DNA of 60,569 bases from Hydrolagus affinis (taxonomy: Eukaryota): contig JAAILG010000038.1 in the NCBI GenBank assembly GCA_012026655.1, forward strand, positions 124,001-184,569. The letters are read 5' to 3'. Below the pieces are notes generated by a model, which did no database searches, was not told the DNA's origin, and saw only the letters and a program-made list of their open reading frames with translations. A program made the translations under genes and the position numbers. Below, in pieces: positions 1-11,566 of this stretch; within the stretch, counting starts at the first letter, position 1; each line of letters opens with the position of its first letter.

Positions 1-386
1 CTGAGTGCTTTTGGAGTCTGTATATAAAGGACAAGGCTGCTTCTGTTTATCTTGTAGCACTTTATGTTGACTAATAGTTAAATCACACTGATGCTTTGAA
101 ATTCTGGTAACTGCAACCTTTCATATTCATGGAGAAAGAACCAGCAAATTACTGTTCTTTTAAGTTCTTTACTCTTTTTCGAGCGTGAAAAATGAGAAAT
201 GCTCACTAGCTGATACAATTTAAAAGATTTTAAATGCAAAATGTCTAGTAAGTACTGGGAGATCAACTTAATGAAGGACAATCCATTTTAGTTTTATCAA
301 TAAGCATGGTAAAAGAACACAGACATTTAATACAGAGTGTTTTATTGGTAGTGGTCAACAATACAGAGCAAAGCCATTTCTCCTCA

Positions 387-539
387 AATGTGGGCTAGTG
401 AATGTGGGCTAGTGAAATGTTGTTTTCCTTTCACCTTGACATCTCTTTAGATCTTGGAGGCATCTTCTTTGCAGTTGTCTTTCAGTTTAGGACAAGATTT
501 GAGTTTGCATCAAACTAAGCCATCAAACTAAGCCATCAA
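387..539. repeat. Two perfect micro-tandem duplications (14 bp and 13 bp)
   Basis: AATGTGGGCTAGTG x2 at 387-414; CATCAAACTAAGC x2 plus CATCAA at 508-539. Confidence 0.9.
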
Positions 540-2680
540 TCTCATCACTCATAATTGACCAATGACTGAAAGCCACCAAGGAACTCTCAACAGATCAAAG
601 TGTAAAATAATCTGACCAATGAAGCAGGCAGTGATGTTTGATGAATGAAACTATATGCAAGATTGTTACATTTTTTGGAGCAACAGAGAAGAGTTTAAGG
701 TAAAGTTTAGATGGTTCCTCTTCAGAGGAAACTATTTGTGATGGGAGTGCTACAGGAAAGCTTTAGTCTGCATTATTCCGCAAGTACTGTTGTTTTCTCA
801 CCACTCGACAGAACTCGCCTGTGCAGTGAGTGTTTTTTTAAGAATTTTTTTTTGATGATCTGCTTTTAAAAAAAAGTCATGCCTTTCAAGAAATGTCAAA
901 GTATCAGAATTTGAAGGATCTTTAGTGTGATCGTTATCATCATATTATTACTGCAGTTAATATGTGCATGCTTATTACAAGTAATGTGATTAATTTAATA
1001 TCTAGAACTACACAAAAGAACGTTAGATTGGACACAGTGGGTATATTATCATCCGAATGTAGTGATCATGACTATTTAACTATTTTAACACTAAGTATTG
1101 CAATAGTTCCACTCACTAATAAAACAGCACAAACTATTTTGGTGAAAATAATGTATGATTTGCCATTGTAAGTGATAACCACACCAACTCAGCCACTCCT
1201 TTCGCTCAGCAATCACCGACCTGTATCATGTCCTCACACTATCTACCCACCATTAGTAGCCAAGGTTTCACCAAAACGTTTGCTCCCACTCTTGTTCAAA
1301 ACACAACTTGGATTGTACCTCCTTGACCATCCTTTCAGTTGTCAAGTTTCCCCTCACAACCTACCCTCCACTCCCACCACAATCTTGGGTGCCCAGCCAG
1401 CATTTTTAAGTGCTTTGAGACATGTTCCTGATATGAAGAGTTCTATGTAAATGTAGTTGCAAAATATGATCAGTAATGTTTTCCTTTGGCGAATGGCTGG
1501 AGGAAGCCCAGTGTCTAAGGTAAATAGAGATACACTTTGATTGTACTGTATATGTGAACCCAATTGTCAAAAGGTACAAAGCATCTATTATTCCCAGATA
1601 ATCTCCTCCCATCCCATCATCTGGTTGTCATCAGCACATGGGGAAGCACAGCAGTCAATGGGGACAAGGATATTTCCCACTCAGTTCTGGTTGTGACTGC
1701 CAGGCAAAACCCGAATGCTCTGTGTGGTTCTAGCCGGTTGAGCAAACAGGAGGTTTATCAGACAATGTTCGCAATGGCAAAATAAGTGGTTTTAGCTATT
1801 TAAACTCCCCATCACACACACAAGGGTATCCCAGCCTTGGCTCTTGCCATCTGCACTTGGTGAACGGGATACTGGTATATCCTTCAGGGAAGATGGTGCT
1901 CACACTGTTTACAGACAAATGAGGAAGTCCTGGTTTAGATAATTTCAAGTTTGGTGATGGGTTTCTGTGGGGTTCAAACACCAAACAGCTGATAAAATAA
2001 AATCCATTCTCTCGGCACACTGCTGACTGCAATGCTACATTGTGAGTGAACAGTTTGTGGCAGTGGTGGAAGCACATGTCTGCAACAGCTGGCGTTCCCT
2101 TTGTCCTGTCTTCATAGGACCAGGGTTAGAGGTTAGTTGTTTTTTGTCTGATAGGCTGGTGCAGCAAATGCATGAGGATGGCTGGCTGTGCTCCCAGATC
2201 TTGATCCGCTGTTTGCTCGATTGCTAATAGTTTATCCCTGTCCATCATCGACATCCTTTATATACCCATTAGTAGAAATGTACCACCAGAAGGATGCATG
2301 CAAACAAACTGCACAGATATTTTGCCTAATTAGGTGGAAAAAAAATACAGCATTTCATAACATACAAGGTGACAAATACTACTTGGCATCAGTTGCCGTA
2401 CATTATTTTTTCACTTCTAAGCATTCAATAATAGCATACGCATGACATATGGTGGCACAGAAGAAAACCGTATAGGGTGCGTTTTAATATCAATTGACCA
2501 TGGTTAGGGAAGGGGGCAAAATAGCAGCCAGGTTGTTTTTTTTTGCCAGAGTGATTCCTAATGTAAAATGTCTGTACTTGAACATTGGGTGAGGACATCA
2601 ACTTGGTTATGCAAGATTTCCCTATCCACCTCCCTTTTCCTTTTGCTTGACATACTTTAGAGAGGCTGATGTGATCAAAA

Positions 2681-2969
2681 TAATAATCCTTAGATATAGC
2701 ACTTTTCACATCTTCTAGATGTCTCAAAGCGCTTCACAGAATTCACTGTTCAAGTGAATTGACTGTATATTTGTGGGCTAAACGTGGCCAGCAATTGCAC
2801 ACAGCAGTGTCCCACAAACAGTCATGGATTGAAATGACCAATTTTTTTTGAGGGATTATTAGGCGTGTGGAGTAAGGAAACTTGCCCAAGGTTTCGCCCT
2901 GCCTGGAATTGAACATAGGTCTCACTCTTGTAAGGCAAGTGCTCTTACCACTGATCTGGACTGTACTCC
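2681..2969 (-). mobile_element. tRNA-derived SINE, near full length (LINE2-like tail)
   Basis: tRNA head with degenerate A/B boxes at about 2890-2969; tail TGTGAAGCGCTTTGAGACATCTAGAAGATGTGAAAAGTGCTATA...GGATTATTA shared with dozens of copies in the window. Confidence 0.85.
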
Positions 2970-3039
2970 TACATAAGGCAGTGAGTACAAATGGGGGAGA
3001 TAAAAATCAACACCTCAGTGCACCAACACTCACAGGCTT

Positions 3040-3386
3040 GTTCTGGGCTGATACTCGATTGCAATGCACTTGGAGTGCTGTTCTGTCAAAGGTGCCATCC
3101 TTCAGATGAGATATTAAATCCACTATTTGAAAACAGAAGGAGGTTTCTCCCAGTGTCCTGGCCAATAATCCCCCAGATAAAATTGGTCACTCACTTCATT
3201 GCTGTTTGTGAGATATTGCTGCATTGAAATTGGCTGCCTACAAACACACAGTCACATGCGAATGCTACAACAACAAATTTATATAGCCAGGTGGACATAC
3301 CAAGCCACTTAGTGTTATGAAGCTCTTTGAGACGTCTCAACAACATGATAAGGCGCTATATCAAATGTAAGTATTATTGTTATTAT
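3040..3386 (+). mobile_element. Deu-domain-type SINE fragment
   Basis: GGTGCCATCCTTCAGATGAGATATTAAA...CACTATTTGAAAACAGAAGGAGGTTTCTCCCAGTGTCCTGGCCAATA plus the shared tail. Confidence 0.75.
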
Positions 3387-4853
3387 ATGAAATACAACAA
3401 TAATTTCTACTGCATCAGAAAACACATTGACATTTATTTAGGCCTAGAATTCAATCCATCAATTCATTCCTATTGTCCATAAATTTATTTTAAAATTTCC
3501 TTTAGAATTTTTTTAACTGTACAGGAATAACTCCAGTGTGATGTATGATCATCACTGATACCTCATAGGTAAATTCTAGTGCAATAGCAACATTCGCACA
3601 GGCACTCTTCAGTCACTTACCAGTAGCACTAAACCTGATGTCAATAACCACTAAGAGAGTTAATATGAAACCCTTAGTCCAGCAACATAATAGTTCCTAT
3701 GTGACCTGTGCAAATTGTTAATGGCAGGGGCAGCCTTTAACTGGTATGTTTTTTAAGAAAAACATAATTACAATAAATACCCATGAACTGTGCTGAACTA
3801 TAATCTTTGTGAACCTGAACAGTGCTAGATGTATTGAACTACACTTAACCACTTTAAAAATGAGCAATTGTAACTGCTTAAAATAATTAACCTGCAGTTA
3901 GCCTTAGAAATGTCGAAACTCTCTGCAGTAACCAAAAATGATGGCGATTGACCTTTACACGCGAGCCTTCCTTCAGGCTGCATGCTCCTTACACAAGTTT
4001 CACAGATGCTGTTGACATATTCACTACAATCAGCAGAAATGTAGTAAGAATGTGAGGCCCAGTTTTGAATGCTGTTACCCAACATCCGTTCATGGGTAAT
4101 TTTTCACTGGGCATCGTATTTCACTGTAATAACTTACTGATCTGCAGTACTTTAAATAAATAATGCGGAAAGTGAGTAGAGCAAAGAGAAGTTTGAGTAA
4201 ACTTGTGTGAAAACAACTCAGAAAACTGAATCAAAAATCCCCATCAGATCTTGCAAATGTCAATATCTATAAAAGTGAATTTCTGAGGATAAACATTTGC
4301 ACATTTGCAAAGTTTTGGCTGACAGCCAATCATTTTTGGTTCAGTCTCTTCCCATTTCTTTTCACAATTTCTTTTCCACTTCATATCTCCATATCTGCAT
4401 ATCTCGCCCTAGATTCAAGTTATAGAGAAACCTAGTACTGTACTTGACTGTATAGTGCTTACCTGGTAAACAGGTTTTCTGAAGCGGTGGGTAGCAGGAT
4501 TCATCTGACCGTAGAGGTCCAATGTGTTCTTCCTCTAGTGATTGACTAATTCCTATTAAAAAAATTGGAAAGCATTACATTGACAAGCAAACCTCAGAAA
4601 TCGCATTGATCCATCAAACAAACAATATGTTGTGAGGGAACTGCAGATTTAATTATTCCACGTCAATACATTTTTTACATGTTTAATGCTTTATTAATCA
4701 TTAGACACTTGAAATTTGGGTAGGTTAAGAAATGACTTTTATGGATCAATTTCCCACAGTCGATATATTCTGTTTAAACATGTGTGCACATTGTTTACCT
4801 ATAGTACTACTTAACTGAGGAATACATTATTGAAAGTAAATAATAAAATACAA

Positions 4854-5240
4854 GAATAATAATCCTTGCATTTGATGCAGCACTTTTCACATCTTATCAA
4901 TGTTTCGACGAGCTTCACAGAATATACTGTAAAGTGAATTGACTGTATATTTGTGGGCGAAACGCGGCAGCCAATTGTGCACAGCAGTGTCCCACAAATA
5001 GTTGTGGATTGAAATGACCAATTTTTAGTATTGTGTTTTTTTTGGACAGACCATATAGGAGCTGTTTTCCTATATGGTGGAAACACACATTGGTGTGTTT
5101 TTTGAATCTTATATGAATAATACTGTACTTGCATTTGATATAGTGCCTTATCACGTTGCTGAGACATCTCAGTGTTTCATATAATATGTGAAGTGAATTG
5201 ACTTGTGGGCAAAATGTGGCAGCCAATTGTAGATACTGCT
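4854..5240 (-). mobile_element. Two SINE 3' halves
   Basis: Shared tail motif at about 4854-5030 and 5120-5240. Confidence 0.75.
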
Positions 5241-5989
5241 GTGCGCAATTGGATGCCGCAGTTCTCCCAGAAAAGCACTGTTCCATCATGTTAAGCATTC
5301 TGAGCGGCCTAAACAAAGTGTGTTTCATCCATTCCTGCTGCAAATTATGCTTTTATTTTCTCCTCAAGCAAGAGATTTCCTACTTCCATTTCAGAAAACA
5401 AATGCTGTTTGTTCTATTCCTGCACCAGTTTTCCTGCACGAATTACAGAGCCCTCAAAATAAATTTATCAACTGTGATTAATACAAATCAAACTCTACAA
5501 CAGTAATTAGGGAATTAATCCTTGAAATTCAATAGCGTTTCTGAACAATTTCCGAAGTGCTGCGAGATTAGAATTTTCCATTTCCTGTACAGTGTGCTAT
5601 AAATAGACAACTTTCTTTGTTTTTGCTCTCTACAAAATGTGTGTGTGTGTGTGCGCAGTGTGGGGTGTGGGTGGGGGAGAGAAACGGATGTTTTCCTGCA
5701 TATTCAAACAGTAGTCGAGATATTCAAGTACTTCCGCGTTTATCAGGAGACTCTTGTAATATTGAGACAACAACCAAGAAGTGAGCCAAGCTAATCAATA
5801 TATAAAGAAGATATAAGGTGACCAAAAGTTGTGATACCATTACAATATCTAATAATTGATGATATTTTCATTATTTTTAGATAAAAGGATAAATATCACG
5901 ACATTTTGGTCACCCTGCACCATCTGTTTTGTGGAATGACTTTTAACTCTTCACTAAACTACCCTAGTGAACAAGTTAAATTAACAAAT

Positions 5990-6160
5990 AAAAAACCTTG
6001 CCTTTAAATAGTACCTTTCAAGTTAGCAGAATGTCTCAAAGCACATCACAGGATTTACTGCAAAGTGTGGTATCTGTGTACAGTATATTGTAAGCAAACA
6101 TGGCAGACAATCTATATGCAGCAATGTCTCACAAACAGCTATGAAGTGAATGACTGACTT
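5990..6160 (-). mobile_element. SINE 3' half (diverged)
   Basis: Shared tail motif. Confidence 0.6.
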
Positions 6161-8393
6161 TAGCTCCCAGAAGTTTCAACACAAATAATTTGATTCTTAA
6201 ATATTTATATTTGGGAATTTTTTTCTGCTCATCAAAGCAAACTCTCTTCTATTAAGGGCATCTACTGCCAAGATTACACATATCCGGGCACTTAGGTAGC
6301 AGTTAAGACCGCTTCAGAAAAATGTTTGAATGTTTCGTTGTTTGAATTGGAAGGTTTTTAATTCCTGCTTAGGATACGTTCATGTCAGTGTTATTATAGT
6401 CAATTTCAAACATTTGGAATTAATGTAACCTCATTAAGTGATTCAGATCAAATGACTTTCATTTAATCATGTTTTCCTGCTGCAAAATTAATTTCACGTG
6501 AAGTATAATGTGTGATATAAAGCCATCATTTTGAAGGAGGAACACCAGCAACTTAGTTTTTTTTTACAAAGCCACATCAAGAGAGTAGAAAAGAATGAGA
6601 TGTACACAATACTATCTACTGAGCTATTTTCTGGCGTTAAAAGATCTTCTGAGAGTCTCAAAAGAAAATAATCTTCCAAGTTTCTAGTGTATATGAATGA
6701 TTACGCTCTCCAAAACACTATTTTCCTGCATTGTATGACATACCCTGCAAAATCTAAAATATAATTTTTTTCCAAAAGACAATGTAACAATTCTTTCAGT
6801 GAAGAAGTTTGAATTTAAAAGTTAATTCAGATATATGCGTACAATTTCTAAAAATGCTTACCAAGCCATCTTGAACAAATGCAATAAATATACATTTTAC
6901 ATTAGACTTTGAAGTTTTAATTACAAGTTTAGATTTAACTCTAATCAGACAATGTCCTATTTTACTTAAATTTCCCGTTTCCACACATTTTAAATAGTAA
7001 TGGCTGCAGCTGATTTTAAAATAGCTATGACAACAAAGGAGTTTAAAAAAATCTAATTTACTTAGGGCTTGAGATTATTCAAGTTACATTTTTTAAACAC
7101 ATTTTAAATGTTCATAAATCCAGAAACACTCTCTGTTCTAATGACTGCAGTGGAAGGAACATGTTCTCTTCCGACTGATTTGTTTTCAAGGAGTTTAAAA
7201 AGTGCTGTATTCTACATTCTAGTGAATATATTCTGTATTGTACAGCTTTGTGCACAACACGAACGTCATTTGATGTGGTATGAAAGCTTGGAATAGCTTT
7301 CAAATCGCATGCACTTGGTTTTTGCAGTTTAAAGCAAGTCCCTATGTCCAAGAACAACTTACCTCCAATTTTTGGGATTAAGAAAACGATGGCAGAATTT
7401 TTTTTAGAATCCCATGTACAAGCAGTTTCAATTAAGAGAAAGTAGTTTCCTTGAAAAATCTTATGTGGTAAAGACAAACACACTGTGGTTATCAAAACGC
7501 ACCATCTACAGGTATGAAACAACACTACAGTTTTGGCAGTAAAGCGGTTTGAAAAAACTGAATATGCATAATTTGGTATTCTTAAGTGCTGCTTCGTGAT
7601 CAGCCTTGAGGCTCGGTACACTGATGTATGCATTCATATCAAACATTATTAATCTTTGGATAGCTAAATCTTATCTGCCATATTATTAACTCAGTTCGTG
7701 CTTTCAATTTTGGCAACATAAATGTATGCAAATATAATTTATATGTAAACAGCTTGCTTTTTTATAAAGCACACACAAATATTTTGACACATTGCAAAAT
7801 GGATTTTATAATAATAGTCCTTGCAGTTGAAACAGCACCATATCACATCCTTGAAACGTCTCAAAGCGCTTACCTTATGCTGGTAAGCCACCTTTAAAAG
7901 GTTAGAAATTCTACACACAACCAAAACGTCAAATAATCATCCTAGGCAGAAAGGAGCCTATAAGAACTGGAGATAATGTACAGAGTTGATGCTCCCCAAT
8001 AGATTGCTGTTTTTTTTAGCAGAAGAGGAATGGAGACAACAAAAGAGAAATCTCCAATTTCTTGGTGGCACTTGTTTTTCATTAATACAAGAGTTGGGCA
8101 AACCAGACATTTCCATTGTTGGGCTGAGCTAGTCACAGTGGGAAACTGACACATCTCCCAGTCCAAAGCTTGAGATTAGCTAAATTGAAATTGAAAGTCA
8201 CTGTACCCAAAAAGGAGAAATAAGATAGAAAGTGATTATACTCCACATTATGGATTCATCAGACTCACCTAAACATTAGTAAACAGAACACATGCTGATC
8301 ATCAATCTGTTAATGCTTTGTGGAGTAAAGCTATTAAAGACTGAATGTGCAACAATCAAGATTCCCCATTCACAGCACCTTGCCGAAATCTTG

Positions 8394-8422
8394 TGCAATA
8401 CACTTATTGCCACTAGAGGTCT
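8394..8422 (+). promoter_or_regulatory. CTCF motif with upstream module
   Basis: TGCAATAC-n8-CCACTAGAGGTCT; one mismatch to the CCACTAGAGGGC core. Confidence 0.5.
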
Positions 8423-9239
8423 ATCAAATTTCATAAATGTGTTACAGTAAATGAAAAATAATATTCGCTCAAACTATCATCAGTTGAGCCAATGAACCAG
8501 TTAACTACAAGTTCTGGAAGTGCTCATAATTCACATTTTGTCCTTAGTTAAGTGATGTTTTGTTAACAATTTGTTCAAACTGTCCTTGTACCTAATCGTT
8601 GATAGTGCACTGTTACGCTGAATACACTACTACTGGTTGTAAGTAAGGAAGCCATATAACTGAGAAAGCATAAGTTAAATGTCTCTAAATAAATTCTAAC
8701 AAATATATACACCTATTGAATAGACACTACACTTCATACAAATGTAATTTTGTTGTTGCTGTTCATAGTAAATTCTATGAAGCACTTTGGGACATCCTCT
8801 TGGCGTGAAAGTGGCTAATCAAGCTTAAGGCTCATTATACCCATATGCATCAGAAGCATCTTAAGACAAGATCTGTTAAGACTGCGTGCCTTATAGGTAA
8901 AACACAACTTCACCATTCTACTGTAAATTGCAGCAATTGTTATGTGAGTGGACACAGTAGCCAATTTTAACACAATTTCCCACCAGCAGCACTTTGGTTT
9001 GGGGGATTTGTTATGTTAGTGGAGGGGGGGGGGGCTAGAGAATGAAGTGCAGAAACATGGTCTTGATATCCCATAACAAGGATGGTCATGCATGATTTGC
9101 TTCTGCTCCAAAGATACTTCCATCAGATTCACCCTGTGTTGTCAGCAACCAGCTTTGGCTAATGGGTTACTCAAGAGTTTATAGATCTTGTGCATTGTTA
9201 GATAGATAATAAAAAATCTGTCCCAAAAAAACCTATAAC

Positions 9240-9405
9240 TGGTCATTTCAATCCACGACATTTGTGACACTGCTGTGTGCAATTGGCTGCCGCATTTCGC
9301 CCACAAATATACAGTCAATTCACTTTATAGTCTATTCTGTGAAGCGCTTTGAGACGTCTAGAAGACGTGAAAAGCGTTTTAACAAAATGCAAGGATTATT
9401 ATTAA
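9240..9405 (+). mobile_element. SINE 3' half, low divergence
   Basis: GGTCATTTCAATCCACGAC...TGTGAAGCGCTTTGAGACGTCTAGAAGACGTGAAAAGCG...CAAGGATTATTATT. Confidence 0.85.
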
Positions 9406-9923
9406 TAAGGCAAAAGGTCTGAAATCTTCAGCAGGAACACTTCAAACATTAAACTTGATACTGAAGTTTCCTTAGAAGAGAAACATAGTGACAGATTTGA
9501 TGCTGTATTCTAAAATTACAAAACTCTAAAATTTAAAACTCATCTTACTATTTCAACTTACATAACATATCTTATAACCAAAACACAAGATGAAATTGTG
9601 GTCTAGGAGACATTGAGAGTTACATATTCTATTGATGGAACCTCAAGCTTTTAGATCGACAGACCTTCATTAAGATTAATCTCTTCCACCCACACTAACA
9701 TAGAGGTCTTGCTGATGTGCAGAATTTGAGAATTCTTAAAACTTTTTTGGAGATGGGCATCTGCACGAGGTATGATGATAGTACAATAAGCATTAAAAAC
9801 AAAGATTGTACTAATACCTAATTTTTTTTAAAAATGTAAACGACTTGAAAAATGTAACCTTGCTGCACAAGTGGGTTTTGTTTTCTTTGACCAGTTTAGT
9901 GTTTTCCAGGCTTTCAGGATTAA

Positions 9924-11377
9924 TTTATTTTGCTAAACAGGTTTAGTATAGATAAACTGTGGATTCGTAGAGGTTACAAAGTTATTAGAAGTCGGATGTT
10001 GTTAAATGTCACATGTGATGACCACAAATGCACAACCCGCAGCAACTTAGCAATAATTCAACACAATGTGCAGGCACTATATACTTTTGTAGAGTACAAA
10101 ATAAAGAGCAAAGCTGCACCATTCTGTGCACAGGATACTTGCAGTTTAATAATGAAGCGATGTTTACAATTTTATCACCAGTGGAAGAACGTTATATTTT
10201 CCCACCATTTACCTTTCCCAACTATTTCATATTCAAGTAGACATATTGCACAGAATATGCAAAGAAAAATTACATCACACACCATTCAGAAATTAATTCA
10301 GATTTCATAGAACGTGAAAAAGAATGGTACAAACTGTAAAAATTATGAACCCATTCTGCTTATACCAGCGCCACACACTGATGTCCAATATTCATTCACC
10401 GAATTAACAAAGCGATTATTAATATTTACAAAGTAAACAGTTTCGGAGATTTTATGTTAAAAAAAGCATTTACCAGTATTTTGATGGCAACAGGAGTCAG
10501 ACCTCACATCAGAGATTAAAACTTGATCCACCCTCGCGGAAAAGGGGAAAAAAAGTTCCCACATTTCTACAATGGTAGTCGACTTTTGGAGTGCTTAATT
10601 CCGCAACAGTTATTTCATTTCTGTTAACTAAAGGTATTATGCTACTGCCAGCAGTGTAGAACAATAAACTCAATACCGGCTATTGGCAGTACAGTATGTA
10701 TTTATTACTAGGATACTATTTGCAGTAGCTTATTTAACAATAAAGTTGCTCAGTTAATCCACTGAGGAATGGCATAACCTTCTATACTGCACCCCGATAT
10801 CAGAACAAAACCTACCATGAAGCAATAATTGTCTTCCACTTGCAGAAATACCTGCTGCTGCTACGTAATCAAAAAGCTGTAGAAATAGCTACGGTTCTAC
10901 CTAGTGTTATATCGGTGTACAGTAAGTGAATCCGTTATATCTGGATAAAACACTATACATTTTCTCCTCAAATAAGTTGCGCTTATAGAACTTAGCTTCA
11001 AATGTAATATTAAGTGCTTCAACAACCTCCCTGATTTAATCTTTTTTTATTGTGAACATGAGTTTTGTAATGGATGCAGCATCCGAGTTAAGGTTAGCAG
11101 TTTCAGACGTGTTCCGTTCCAGATAATTTACTGTTAAGACAATAAATTGTACAAAACTATTATTCATTCTATCTTGAATTATCTCAGCCTCTGTTTCTCA
11201 ATGAAACAGTTCAGTCACAGCCGTGTTTTTTTTTTAGTGAACCACCACAAATATATCCCCGTCAGCGTTGCTTTCAATGGCCATGTAACACGGGCTAAAT
11301 GCCTGAGCCTGAAGCATCCAGAACCCAAAGCAATGACACCACATTTTTATTTATTTCGAAACAAAAATCGAGGATTT
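9924..11377 (-). other. EXOC5: Probable EXOC5 3' UTR (end uncertain)
   Basis: Repeat-free AT-rich stretch after the stop; minus-strand AATAAA at 10701-10706 and 9924-9929, ATTAAA near 10146. Confidence 0.45.
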
Positions 11378-11566
11378 TCAGCTGAAGTGACGACCTAGGC
11401 GTGCTGATCTGTAGTCGGCCCGCAACTGCACAAAGGCATGGAGGATGTGCCTGTCAAGATTAGTCAGTTGCTCTCCAGAGCAGACCTGCTTAAGGTTGTC
11501 AGGTGCTACTACCAGAAGATTACAGAGTGCGTGTAGCGTGTCAAAAAGTTGCAACACCAAGGGGAT
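11378..11566 (-). CDS. EXOC5: EXOC5 last coding exon (IPLVLQLFDTLHALCNLLVVAPDNLK...GRHFS*)
   Basis: 189 nt to TGA, TAG acceptor. Confidence 0.96.
   Translation of the reverse strand: MPLVLQLFDTLHALCNLLVVAPDNLKQVCSGEQLTNLDRHILHAFVQLRADYRSARLGRHFS

Larger units (their letters stand above)
1620..7505 (-). pseudogene. Candidate decayed multi-exon gene (Cys-rich, probably membrane protein; family not recognised)
   Basis: Exon-like blocks with AG/GT ends at 7363-7505, 6862-6956, 4463-4552, 3892(or about 3953)-4141, 3621-3705 and 2325->about 1620. Phases are mostly compatible and the frames are long with sparse in-frame stops. Confidence 0.45.

Noticed and set aside
4811-5506. Overlapping 102-142 aa ORFs
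   Set aside because: They translate SINE tails (recurrent ICGTLLC / HFTVYSVK motifs also appear in other SINE-overlapping ORFs); not genes.
8269-8659. Possible further upstream exon of the candidate pseudogene (CTCAG acceptor, GTGAGT donor)
   Set aside because: Stops in every frame and no unambiguous phase link, so it was left out of the model.
9930-10310. 126-aa plus-strand ORF
   Set aside because: Non-ATG start, antisense to the putative EXOC5 3' UTR, no recognisable domain or splice context.
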